A stretch of DNA of 64,000 nt. It comes from the human T2T-CHM13v2.0 reference genome, Homo sapiens. A program made the position numbers and the translations under genes. The stretch lies in assembly GCF_009914755.1 (NCBI RefSeq), contig NC_060936.1. One strand, written 5' to 3'. Positions within the stretch are counted from its first letter, which is position 1; each line of letters opens with the position of its first letter. Shown here in pieces: positions 29,331 to 43,270 of this stretch. The notes under the pieces are model-generated. The model made no database searches and was not told the DNA's origin. It saw nothing but the letters and a program-made list of their open reading frames with translations.

Positions 29331-31607
29331 ATTAATGACCAAAATGTTAATACCAATTTATTTGTTTTCCTAATTGTTTCTGCTTTGGGCTATGATGTAG
29401 TATAGACCAGTCCTTCTGAAGAAAAACGTTTTTATAAAACCTGGATAAAATTAATCAAACAACTATTTTATAAGTTGAAAAACAGGCAGCACAGGACTAT
29501 GATCCCTGAGATAAAAGAAACACATGAGTTCCACAGTCAACTCAGGTAACAGCTTGGAAACACTTTCTGGACTACAGCAGAGGGAAGGGAAGCCTAAAGA
29601 GAGCTCAGTAGTTTCACTGAGTTGAAAAGAAAGAGAGAAAGGAGTGTTCAGAGTTGCTGAGATAAATGGTATTTACAGGGTAAAATACTAGAGAAAGTGT
29701 TGCAAAAATTGGTATAGTGGTTTCCTTAGGTGTTTGGCCAAGTACTAAGCTCTGTATATACTGCACTATGTGACTCATTGAGGTCCAGAAGGGAACAGCT
29801 ACTGGGAATATCTGAACTGAAAAGAGACTCTAGAGACCAATCAAAACCGGGAAACATTGGAGTTCTGACCTGCTACAGTGGAGAACGTCCCAGACATTTA
29901 GTTAAGACCATGTAAAGTTAAACTTTAGGAAGGGGTGACTCTAGCCCTGGATTAAAAAACTCCTCTAGATCCACATAGTAAAACATAAATGTAAGCCTCA
30001 AAAAGACCAAGTTAATCAACAAATAAATCAACTGCCTGCTAGAATAAAAACTGCCTCTGTTAGAATAAAAGCTAACAGAGTTTAAAGGATGCTAACAAAA
30101 TCTACAGATTCAGCAAATAAAATTACAATGTCCAGTGTGCAGTAAAAAATTGCTAATCCTTCAAAGCAGCAGGAAAATGAGCCTTGTAAGAAAAAAAATC
30201 ATCACTAGAACCAAATCAGATAACCTTTTTAAGATTCTTGCCTGCAAGTTATAACATCTATTATAAATATATTCAGAGATCTAAATGTTGAGGAAACAGA
30301 TTGAAATCTTAATAGAGAAAATAAACTTTAAAAAATAAGAAAATAGAAAATCTAGAACTGCAAACTATTTCACCTTAATTGAAAAAAAAATAATGGCTGG
30401 ACTTAATAAATTAGACATTGGGAAGAAAAGTGCACTCAGAAACAAAGCAAGATAAACTCTCCAAAGTGGGGCAGAGAGAGAAAAAATAACTTAAAAAAAA
30501 TCAAAGCTTGAGTGCTCTGTCAGATAATAGCAAGCAAGCTAATAGATATGTTGTTGACTTTCCGGAAGAGAGATTAGAGATGAAAAAATATGTGAAAACT
30601 AATCACTGAAAACATTTAAAATTTGATGAGAAATACGAGAAAACAGATTTAAAAAGCTTAACACAAAAATTACACCTATGCACCTCATAATCAAATTGCT
30701 GAAAACCAACAAGAAAGAAAAAAATTTAAAGCAGCTAAAGTATACATGATATACAGGGGACCATTTGTAAGGATTATGGTTCACTATCGATCACAAATAT
30801 TGACATCCAGAAGAAAGTGGAAGAAAAAAATGTCAACCTTCAATTCTATATCTAGTAAAAATAGAATTGTAATTTACCACATTAACATAAAAAGGAAAAC
30901 AATCATTATCTCAATATATGCAGAAAATGTTTACCACGAATTCAACAGATTTGTGGTAAAAATTCATAGAAAATTAGGACTAGAAGACACTTTCTTAACT
31001 TGATATACTTAGTGGTTAAAGGCCCAATGTTTTGTATCTAATATCAGGAACAAGGCAAGAAAATCTGATTGGAAAAGAAAACCATCTGATTTTCACAGAT
31101 GACATCTTCTTGTACATAAAAGTCTTAAGAAATCCTCACAAACAGTTTAGACATAAGTGAATTTATTCAAGGACACACAATAAAGTTTAATTTAAAATAT
31201 GCTACGTTTCTAAATATTAGCAATAAAGTTTAAAAATTAAATTTAAAAATTTCATTCATGACAATGTCAAAAATGGAAAATATTTAAAAATAAATGTTAA
31301 CATTGAAATGTGCAAGCCCTCTACACTCATAACTGCAAAACACTGCTTTAAAAAATTTCAGAGACATACCATATTTATAAATAAGTTGAAAAACTCAAAT
31401 TGTAAGAAATTAATTCTCCCCAAATGTTCTGTAGATTCAAAGCAATCCCAGTAAAATTTTTGGTAGAAATGTACACACTGATATTAAACTGTGTATGGAA
31501 ATGGAAAGGACCTAGAATAGCAAATGCAATCTTGAAAAAAGAATAGTAAGACTCGTGCTACACAGAATTCAAGACTTGCTATCAATCCCCGGTAATTGAA
31601 ACTGTTT

Positions 31608-31643
<36 letters not shown>

Positions 31644-31691
31644 TATATATATACACACACATATATGTATGTATATATATTTATATATGTG
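31608..31691. repeat. (CA)n/(TA)n microsatellite
   Basis: Directly visible. Confidence 0.95.
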
Positions 31692-31949
31692 TTAAGATAC
31701 AAGAATCTATCAATGGAAAGTATAGGGAGTCCAGAAAAATACCCACACTTGTAAGGTCAATTGATTTTTTATAAAGTATCAAAACAATTCAAGGGGGGGA
31801 AAGATAACCCTTTCTACACATAGTGCTGGACAACTAGATAACTATATGGAAAAAGAATCTTGACTCCTACTTCTCATCTTATGAAAAATGAAATTAAGAT
31901 GAACTATGAGCCTAAATTTAAAAGCCAAAATTGTAAAACCTATTGAAGA

Positions 31950-32342
<393 letters not shown>

Positions 32343-34516
32343 TCAATTATAGTTCATATTTAAAAGCATTTGCCCTTACGAAGACACAATTCAGAAAATA
32401 AACAGAAATGAAAAGTCAAACCACATTATCGGAGAAACATTCATACTCTTTATTTCTGTCAAAAGCAAATGAAAACGTGTTCACTTAGAGAAATAATTAA
32501 AGCCACTATATAATACCACTCTACCCCATTAAAGTGGTTAAAATAAAAAATACTGAAATTATCAAATGTTGACAAGTATGCAGAGCAACTGTATCTCTCA
32601 TGCATTGCTGGTGAAAATGGTACAGCCACTCTGGAGAAAAAAACTTTATAAGCTTTATAAGCTTGTAAAGACTCTGGTACATTCAGAAGCTTTATAAGCT
32701 TCTTATAAAGTTAAATATACACTTAACATACGACCTAATTATTCTTCCTTTGAGCATTTTTCCTAGAGAAGTGGACTTTCATTCAAACAAAAAACTGTAC
32801 ATAAACTTTCATAGCAGTGTTATTTGTAATAGCCAAAACTTAACACAACTCAAATCTCATTGAATGGGTAAAATAATAAAGAAATGATGGTACATACATA
32901 CAGTGGATATACAACACACAATTAAAAAGCAATAAACAAGAAAGCTGTTGACATATACAAATATTTCCATCGATCTCAAGAACATTATGTTGAGTTAAAA
33001 AGGGCTAATCTCAAAAGATTACATGCTGTATTATTTCATTAATATAAGATCCTTAAGCATCACGTAATTATAGTAATAGAGAAAACGTGATTAGTTGCCA
33101 TGCTTAGATTGGGGAAAGGATGTGACTATAAAGGAGAACAACAGAGTTTCTTTGGGAAGACGGAATAGATTTGTGTCCTAATTGTGATAATAGTTGAATC
33201 TATACATATTAATACAATACATAATCTATACATATATGTATGCATAATTTATACATATGATAAAATGTCATAGAACTGCAAACAAGAAAAAATTAGGGCA
33301 TGTGAAAGCTAGCGAAGTCCTAATAAGGTCAGTAGTTTAGTAATAGTATTGATACAGTGTCAGTTTTCTGGTTTTGTTGATCATGATTTGGTTATGTGAA
33401 ATGTTGTCATTGAGGCATGCTGGGTGTAGGGTGCATAGGGAACTCATTGCTATATTTTGTAACTTCTATGGGAGTTTTAAACTTCTATGGGAGTTGAACT
33501 TCATGTTTAAGGTCTTTGCACTTTACGGCATGTACATTATGTCTTTTAAATATTTAAAGTGCCTTCCCTACCCACATATGTTATATAACAAGACATCTGT
33601 CTTATTACATAAGAAAAGGAGTTTATGAAAAGATGATGTATTATGAATTTAGGAGTATGCATAATTCATTTTCTTTACATGAAGTTAAAAAGCTTTTAAA
33701 ATCACTCATATGTCTAGATATATTACAAATAATTATGTGATATATTTATAGTATATATTGTAATTTTGCCATAATTTGCAAATTATTCTAACAGTTAAAA
33801 TAAATGAACTAAATCTAGATCTCACATATATAATGTACAGTGAAAAAAGCAAGCAGCAGAAAATATATCATTTATGTTAATTTTGAAATAATACTCTAAA
33901 ATGTTTGATACATATGTAGAAAAACAAAGTAGCATGTAAGGGGACTTCATCTTTATAAAACTCGCTTTCTCCCTTTATAAAGAAATATCTGGGTAATAAG
34001 TACATAGACATTTGTTTTTATGTGTGCTGTTTTGTATATCTTCACTTCCAAAAAGACAATACTTTTAAAATTAATAATTAATAAAATCTTGTTTATGAAA
34101 AAAATGTAGAAGAAGAGGAAATCCCTCTTGTTTAATATATGAGAGAGAATCTCTTTTTTAATTAAGTTGCCAAAGTTGGAGGTGAATCAGAATCCAAATG
34201 CTTGGAAAGTCCTGTCCCAAAATGTACATCCGTCATTTCATTGTGAAATTATAGGGCGGAAGTGGGGAGAGCGGCAATTACAAACCTTGTAGGTAGGGCG
34301 ATAAAAGAGATCCGTTCCAAAAACAAAGACCTAAAAGAATTTTGCAAAATTACAGTCTAATAAGTATTTGCCATTATGTTGTATGTGAGAAAATTCTTAT
34401 CTGACATTAACTTGAGATTATTATATTATAACCATAAAAAATATTGCACTATTTTGGAATCCAACATACGTTTTTGTAGAATAAATGTCGAATGTGTGAT
34501 CAGTTATCTTCAGGTT

Positions 34517-34819
34517 AAGTTGGCCCTCCATATCTGTCAACCAACTCTGGATTGAAAATATTCAAACAAACAAAAAATAACAATACAACAATAAAAATGA
34601 TACAAATAAAAAAACAATAGAGTATAACAACTATTTATGTAGCATTTACATTTATTTAGGTATTAGAAGTAATCTAGAGATTATTTAAAATAGAAGGGAG
34701 AATATGCATAGGTTATATGCAAATAATTCTCCATTTTATATAAGGGACATGAGCATCCATGGATTTTGTTATCTGTGGAAGTCCTGAAACAAATCCCCAC
34801 AAATACTGAGGAACGACTG
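34517..34819. mobile_element. Tigger3/MER2-family DNA transposon remnant
   Basis: agttggccctccatatct...atactgaggaacgactg|ta. Related to the copy at 17288. Confidence 0.8.
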
Positions 34820-35565
34820 TATATACAATTTACATGACATTGAAGAAAATCTGTATCTTCTTTACCATTTCTCTATTTTTTAACACTAAGCAGAGAATGA
34901 TGTTTAGTTGGGAAGCCAATGTTTTCAAAAATAAGATCTAAATATTGTTGCATATCGCTGTGCCAGATTCACTGAAAGACATTTAACTAGCCCATTTATG
35001 AAATTTCTAGGTTTGCTTTTAAGCTGCTAAATGGCATCATTGTGAAGCCATGTGTTTCCAGTAATTTTACTTCTAAAGTTTATTTCCTATGTAATTGACC
35101 AAATTAGTAACTGACACTAGTTATTTTCTACTTTGGAAAAAATCATCTTTGGATGTTAATTACTTAGATGATAATAAATTTTTTGGAAGGTGTTTATTTA
35201 CAAATATTTTCTTGACTGTAGGTTTTGTCTTATTTAGGGGAGAGTGGGAATTCTACTTTCTAAATAGGTGTAGTGAAATTATGTCATTACATTTAAATAA
35301 ATAAACCTCATTTTACAATATTAAGGCTTATAATCTTAAAGCCTCTTTAGTCTTCAGGAGGGTCCCTTATGTGGTTCACATGTTTTTTCTTGTTACCTAA
35401 GTAGCCTCTCCAAAATTGTGGTATTGCTTTGATATTTCCCCTTAACTTTTGACTGTTTTTTTTTTTAAGGTTTACCATTGATGGAACTTTTCTAATGCAG
35501 CTATTCTAATGTTAGACATGTACTCTTGGATACTATTGAAATACATTTCAAAAATAATGTATAAC

Positions 35566-35611
<46 letters not shown>

Positions 35612-35638
35612 CTTTAAGTTTTAGGGTACCTGTGCACA
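35566..35638 (-). mobile_element. (TTA)n tail plus a ~30-bp L1PA 3' stub
   Basis: (tta)~14 followed by tactttaagttttagggtacctgtgcaca. Confidence 0.85.
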
Positions 35639-35814
35639 TATAAATCACAAGTATAAATTGGAAACGATTTTTATTTATTTTATTTTAATGTTTTCTACCG
35701 AGGTTTTTTGACAATGTCATTATATTACTTAGCCAGTTACATTAAGAATGATTGACATTATACAATGGTTTATATTCTGAACTCAGCAAGAGCAATACTT
35801 GCTTACTTAAAAAT

Positions 35815-35945
35815 AGTATGTGAGGCAATACATATGTTAATTTGCTCAATTTAGCCATTCCACAGTGTATATATATATTTTAAAACATTGTGTTGTACAT
35901 GATACATGTATACAATTTTTGTTTGTCAATTAAGACCAAATAAAC
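35815..35945 (+). mobile_element. L1MA-type 3' terminal fragment
   Basis: atgtgaggcaatacatatgttaatt...tttagccattccaca...tgtcaattaa. Confidence 0.75.
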
Positions 35946-37045
35946 AGGGAAAATATAAATAAATTTGGAAAAATAGAAGTATATTAAAATAAATAAATAA
36001 ATGTAAGTTCATATGTTTAAAAGTAGGAAGAAGGTGGGAGGGGGATGTAAAGGTGAAGGGCAAATATCTGAATTTTAAAGAGGGTCATTTTTGGATACTA
36101 GCTCCTTGAGTCTTTGTGGCTCATCTTATGGAGACAGCTTTTTAACCACAGTGGTGGTTTTATGCTTTTATTTTGCTATATTTAAGTTTTCCTAACATCA
36201 AACATTAAGAACAATGCATTTTCACAGGATTTCAAGCATAGTGTGGTTTTGGTTAAATCCCAGCTACTCTGAGGCTGCTTTGCTTTCCCTCATGGCATTT
36301 CCCCCTATTTCAGAACTGAATCCTAATGTATCTTTATGTAATGATATTCAACATTATGTACAACACTGTTTTATAGGTAAGAAGCAATTATTTTTGGCAC
36401 TTAGATTCGGTCTAAGTAATACAAATTCAAAGGCAATTTGAGATAAAATAAATAATTTTTATGTTCATTAAATAATGTCCTGAAATATCTATATATTTAT
36501 AATTATCCCAAAATTAGTATTAAATATATTTTTATATTGATAATGGCTTTAATGAGAAGGTAAAGATGGTCTGTAGCTTAATTGTATGCAAGCATAGGGT
36601 GAAAGGCATTTCAGAGAATTTTATTGATAAGACTAATACATATAAGTGGCAACATATAATTTTTGCAAAAAATAACCCCATATGACATGTCTAACATTCA
36701 ATTAAAAATTAAATAATATACTTGGCAAATAAATAATGTTAAGCTCTTTAAAGTTTCATCAGCTACCTTTGATATTGATTTTCATCAAAATTACTGTACT
36801 AAAATGTTTTCTTTTGTTGTACAGACTCAAATAGCAATCCTCAATTTTACAATCGACTCTTATTTGCAAAAAATGCTTTGACATAGTGCATTTGTTCTGC
36901 CTGGGCAGCAATAAAGGATTGTGGTATCATTTTGAAGAAGGTTGTTTGACAGAGCCTGTTTGTTTATTTGGGGTAATGTGAGCTGCATTCAGAAAATGCC
37001 ATATTTTGTTTCATGATTGTATACATTCTCTTCCATTGCTCCCAG

Positions 37046-37198
37046 GCAAGACTTGTAAGCAGAGAAGACACGGATTTAGACCTTTTTTCCATGACCAATG
37101 GAAGTGCTTTGTCTGTGAACAGAGAAAAAAAAAATCAGGCACACAGACACTCAGCAGGATCTTCAAGTAAGTTGTGGTTTCCTTCAAAATTAATTTAG
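37046..37198 (+). CDS. LRRIQ1: Terminal coding exon (50 aa plus TAG), ARLVSREDTD...KLWFPSKLI*
   Basis: Acceptor tctcttccattgctcccag ends at 37045. Phase 0 matches the previous exon. Same frame as ORF 37013..37198. Confidence 0.88.
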   Translation, partial: ARLVSREDTDLDLFSMTNGSALSVNREKKNQAHRHSAGSSSKLWFPSKLI

Positions 37199-37340
37199 AA
37201 ATCACAAACGAATTGATGGAACCTAATGCCAACAAGCATTCTTTTTCAGATAGGGGGTAGGATGCCAGCAACCTGAACTGCCCAAAAATGTGTATTTAAA
37301 TTTTTTCTTTCTTTAAATATCCTCTTTTGATATAAACAAA

Positions 37341-37346
37341 ATTAAA
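37341..37346 (+). terminator. Candidate polyadenylation signal (ATTAAA) for the proximal terminal exon
   Basis: ATTAAA about 140 nt after the stop, followed by T-rich sequence. AT-rich context makes chance hits common. Confidence 0.4.
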
Positions 37347-39129
37347 TTATTTCTAAAATTAACTGCATCAGTTTTTATTTTAATTGTATTTGGGGCTTCA
37401 ATATCTCCTGCCCCCCACACCCTGTGAATCATATTGAATTCTTTGATCATTTAATTCTAAAAGAATTTTTTAGACTAATTGTAAGATGTTAGATTTATAT
37501 ATGAAAGTAGTGTGTCTTGGCCTTTTACCATTGATTTAATAGATACTGTATGTAAAGATAATTTCCAAAGATAATTTTTTTAAATAGAAGAGCTTTAAAT
37601 AATATTATACTATCAGAAAGCATGCTTTCAAAAACTATTTCCATTGCATATGTAAGAGTTTGATTATGTCTATTAATGATGACTCTTAATTCATAAACCT
37701 GTCACACACATCTATTACCTTTAACTTGGTGAGAAATATACATATATATTAAATATATAATACATTTATATAACATATTTGTTATATATATGTAGAGAAA
37801 GAATATAAAAATAATGATTTCAACAAGAATTATATTGCAATTATTAACTCTGAAAAATGTAAACATTTAAAAAATAGCTGTATCTTGTGGTATTTCACGG
37901 GAATCAAGAGCGATTTCTTTCAAAGTCCTTATTTAACCCTAGAGAGTTTGAGATCTCTTCTAAAATGTGACAATACATTAGTATAAAAGATATTTTGCTT
38001 AATATTACATTTTGTTAATTTCCCCAATATATAGTGAAACTCAAGATTTAATCGTAATTAAGTCTTTATACTTAATTATAATTATTATTTTTGAAAGAGT
38101 TGTATTACTCACTGGTATTATAGTTACATATATACATATATATATAGAGAGAGAGACTCACACACACACACAATACAAAATCAATATTTGATTGAAAGTG
38201 AAAAATTCAGTGATCCAGATTGTGCTCTCCGGATAAATGAAAACTTCAAAATGATTATCTGACTTTCACTTTTCATCCAAGTACTTGGCTTTATTAGATT
38301 ATAATCATTTATATTTATTAATACATGCAAGTTCATTTTGATAAATTTTAATTTACTTTTGAAATAATAATTTTAATACATCTAATTTTGAAATATTTTC
38401 CAAGTTTCAAAAACCCTGGAGAGCTTGAAGTTTTCTTACATGATTATAGAATCTGGTCATTGAAATGTTGCCCTAGTCAATATAGTTAAGAAATAAATAT
38501 TTTAAGTTTAAATTATTCACCTAATGTAAACTTTTTAGTTTTTAACATAATGTACTAACTTTATCAAATTTCAAAATCTTTATTCCATTTCAGAAGTAAT
38601 CAGCCTGTGTCAATATATATTAATAAATAATGATAATTTTACGCATTGCATATTACAAACTCATATGATATCACTTTGGAGCATTGTAGGTAAGAAATAA
38701 GCAAATTAAAAACAAAAACAAAAAATTGCTTTTTCACTTTAGAATTTCAAAACTTCTGTTTATAATGTATTACCTGAATGTTAGCACATGAATAGCTCAA
38801 TAAATCAGCAACTAGTTTCAAATATGCAAGTTTCATCATTCACTTACATGATATTTAATTATGGATTTTAGAGATATAATTATATAGAGTTCATTTTAAC
38901 ACATTCTCCAAGAAGCTGAAATAATGCAATTCTCACTGTAATTCCAACTACTTGTCAACAAATAATATTACTGAAAACACTACTAATCTCTGAATGTGTT
39001 AATAAGCAACAATTTAAGGCAAACTACTTTAGAAGAGTAGAGTTTTAAAAAAATAATAAAATGATTATGAATCAAATACTACTTGCTTAATCACTGTAGT
39101 TGCTAAGTAACTATAACAACATCAGTATT

Positions 39130-39310
39130 ATATAATAATAAGGAGTGTGGTCTCTGAGGTCAATTTGCCTGGATTTGAATGAGGACTTAATCTTTAAAAT
39201 AGGAATGATAATAGAAGCACCTCTTTGTAGAGTTGTTGTTGGGATCAAATGCATACGAGTTAGAACACAAACTGGTACAAAATCAGTGCTTAATAAGTGT
39301 TCTTTATAAT
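39130..39310 (+). mobile_element. MIR fragment
   Basis: tgcctggatttgaat...taaaataggaatgataatag...cagtgcttaataag. Confidence 0.65.
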
Positions 39311-39729
39311 CATCACCTAAACATAGTTATATAAGAAGCATCTTTTGGGCTAAAGTATGGAAGTCTCAAGTATCTAGGCACATGATCTAATTGGTTCAGC
39401 TTATAAAAAACCTACTCTTAGTTGCTTAATTAAAATATTTGGCTTAGTCTATTTTTCTGTAGAAATCAAAGTCCTTGGGCCCTAGGCCTCCATGGCCCTG
39501 GGTCAACCAGTTAACAGCTTTGGTATCTTGAAAGCTCTTTTTCCTTTAGCTTTCTCTCTCTGTCTCAAAATTTGTCACCTTATAAAGCTATTAATAAAAT
39601 ATTTCTTTTAGCTTTGCAGGCCAAATCTAGAGAGTACTTTGTGGACTACAGCTGTAAAACTCTTTTTGAGCCTTTGAACTTTTCTAGATATTTCTCTTTT
39701 AGTGTTGTTATAATTTTATAACATGTATT

Positions 39730-39955
39730 CTTTGGAATCAGATAAATTCAGATTTAAAATCCCAGTTCCACCATCACATATGAGTTGTGTGCCCTTAGGT
39801 AAATTGTTTAACCTCTAACATTAAGTTTACTGTCTGTAAAATGGGAATAGTAATGTTTATATCATAGTTTTAGTGAGGAAAAATTGAGTAAAAATATACA
39901 TAAAGCATATGATATATTGCCTTGGGTATTATAGGGTCCTAAAGAATAGTACCTG
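39730..39955 (+). mobile_element. MIR
   Basis: aatcccagttccacca...tttaacctct...ctgtaaaatgggaatagtaat. Confidence 0.8.
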
Positions 39956-42714
39956 TTGTCTTCACTGTTTCTTGTTGTATGTTTGGTAATTCTCTTGAGT
40001 CATTATGAAACAACCCCACAGTAGAATTGTCTTCCTTTTCTGTGTGTCAAAAATAATAAGACCAGGAGGAGTATACTTTGAACATACTGGCCATCTCAGG
40101 CAATATTGTCTTTTGTTAGAAAACTTCCTAAATGTTCTGTCCCTTTCCTTTTAGGCTTTACTGTTTCCTTACAAAGAGGCCAAAGCAGTCTTCTGCTATC
40201 TAAATTTCTAATCTTTCTTATGGTTTACAAAGTTATGAAAGAGATTACATTCTCATTCAAAAATTATCATTTATAAAATGGACATAGCAAGAGATTTCCT
40301 CATTTATATAATATTTAGTCAAAATATTTGAATTTACTAAATGATTTTAGTTTACTCAATTTCCTCATTTAATGCTTAAAGTATGCATTGCAATATATAA
40401 TAATACTTTTATTGTTAGAGCAATTTATAGCTTTATACATTATCTTTATTTATCTTTTCTCATGTATAATGATCATATTTCTTTGACAGCTAACATAAAT
40501 GAAACTCAGGAATCTAACTAATTTGCTTTTCACACAAAAATTAGCAAAGAAGAGCAGCAACTTGAATTTATCTTTGTTTTTGTTCTAAATCCAGTGATAT
40601 ATCATCTTTAATTTTTCTATGGACTAAAACATATAGCTTAGTTAGTAAAATAGTAGAAGAAAAATTATTATAATTTTTAATCATTAAATTATCCAAGAGT
40701 CATTTATTGAATGCTCACTGCTCCCTGCATACCCACGAGTGGTTTTCAGGTGTCTCCTTCTGATTATCTCTGTACTTTCCAGGATACATTACATTTTCAC
40801 AGTTAGTTGGGGTTTGAAAACCCACAATACCTCTGTAATAGTGAGTAATCAGACCCTCCTGAAGTTGTTCTTTGGTTATATCTAAACTTATGAAAAGTTA
40901 GTCTTTTTAATATGGTATTGAATTTTCTGAATGTGACAGAAAACATTGTTCAGAAGAGAAGCAATTATAGTGGTTGAGGTGACTTAGAAAGACTTCTTAA
41001 AGGCACTATTCGTGATTTGTGCCTAGAATGACATTTGGGATTTAAGTAAGGAAAGAGGTAGAAGAAAAACCATTTAAGCAAAAGTAAAGGATAAAATATG
41101 AATGTATCATTGTGGAATGTTGAAGAGTCTGTCTGGGCCAGAGGTTCCATATACTGAAGTAAGTAATATAAGGTTGGATGAAAGAAGAAGCCCAGTTTTA
41201 AGTAAGTTTGAAAGTAAAGTAGAAGACTTGAAATTTCCTACTAATAATAAGTAACAAATGAAGATTTCAAAAAATAAGTGTTTTAGAAAACTAAACTATT
41301 TGTTAAGGAAAGGTATTCTGAATCTGTTCTAACATTACATACTTCCTCTAATATATTGAAAGAGTAATTTTATAGCTCTTATGAAAAAATATTGATTTTT
41401 GTGATAAAAACTTCAAAACGAAATAGATTGCTAGGAGTTCATGCCTAATATTGTTTACAGGTAGAAGTCTAAGGATAGTACCTAAAGCAAAAGTAGATTC
41501 CAAAGATGGATATTGAAGTTTATTTCAAGTAGAATAAGCACATTTCAATAATATAATTTTAAACTTGCAAATCAAGAAGGTAGCATGTTGTGTATTTATG
41601 TATATTTATGTACATATATTCGTATGTATACATGTATATGAATATCTAATTTTTGCATACCTGGAAATAAATGTGTGTGTCTGTGTGCATCTGTGTGTAT
41701 GTGTGTAACATGCATTATAATTCCACACTGTGTGAACTCAAGAACTATCATTGCATGTATTTAGGTATTTTTATATAAACCACACATCATGATAGTAAGC
41801 AGTTACATACCTACAATGTGAAAATCACTTCCACAAGCCATTAAGAAAATATAAATATGAATTATATGTGCCTAGCACATAGTAGGCACTTACATTAAGT
41901 GAATAAATGAATATATGAGCCATTGTTGCTACTCTCCTATATCATGTGTTCCTATCAGTTTATTTTTAAATGGATATTGTTTTCCACAGAAACAAAAACA
42001 TTTTCTTTAACATTCATGGACTTCTTTATAAACTGTATGTATGAGATTTAGATTAATAAATTGTTGCAGATATTAAAGTAATATTGTCATAGATTATAAA
42101 AAGCGCTCTATGATGGAATTTAATCGACATGAAGATGGAATTTTCAAGGGCTTGGCTTATATCAGGGAGGAAAATCTCTCTTAAAAGCCCTAAACATACT
42201 TTCTTTTAAATTCCATTGTCAACAACAATGTTGTACTAATTTTTTTTTTATTGTTTCTTCTTCTCCTCTGCTAGAGTGTATGCTACAGGGAAGCAGGGAG
42301 TTTAATTAAATATTCTAGATACCTAGAACAATTCCCTGGCATATTGTCTATTATATGTATTGGAGGAATTGATACATGGATGGATGGAAGGATGAATATT
42401 GTCATTCTTTAGATGCATCAGAGCTAGGAAAATGAGTATCTGACATTTTCTTGCTCCGTAGTAAGAGGAAGGCTTTACCGACAAAGAAGCAGGGTAGAAG
42501 ATTGCCTATTTAGTAGACATTCGACATCTATCATATCTTCTCAGAGCTTTGCAAAACCCTGGCATTTATAAGCCTTAAAAAATATAATTGCTCCATATGT
42601 TAAGTGTTTCATTTCAGGTGAAGTTTTCAAATACCACAATCAGAAGATGCAGATTTCCACAGACCTAGCCTATATGAAGCCAATCCTGTAATTTCTTCAT
42701 TCAAAAATATTTAT

Positions 42715-43010
42715 GAGCCAGGTGCAATGGCTCATGTATATAATCCCAGCAATTTGGGAGGTCGAGGTGGGAGAATTGCTTGAGCCCAGGACCTTGAGAC
42801 CAGCCTGAGCAACATAGTGGGATCCTTACCCTACAAAAAATACAAAAATTAGCTAGGTGTGGTTCTGTGCACCTGTAGTCCCAGCTACTCAGGAAGCTGA
42901 GGTAGGAGGATCTATTGAGCTCAGGAGATTGAGTCCTCAGTTAACTATAATCACACCACTGGACTTCAGCCTGGACAACAGAGCAAGGCTCTGCTGCTAA
43001 GAGGCAATAA
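42715..43010 (+). mobile_element. AluJ-like
   Basis: gccaggtgcaatggctcatg...cagcctggacaacagagcaag. Confidence 0.93.
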
Positions 43011-43029
43011 ATAGATAATGGAATATGGA

Positions 43030-43270
43030 AAATATATATATATTATATTATAGATTATATATTATATTATATATAATATATATTATAGATTATATATTAT
43101 ATTATATATAATATATATTATAGATTATATATTATATTATATATAATATATTTTATATATTATATATAATATATTTTATATATTATATATTATATATAAT
43201 ATATTTTATATATTATATATTATATTATATATATTATAGATTATATATTATATTATATATAATATATATA
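43030..43270. repeat. AT-only minisatellite (~35-bp unit tattatagattatatattatattatatataatata plus variants)
   Basis: Directly visible. Confidence 0.92.
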
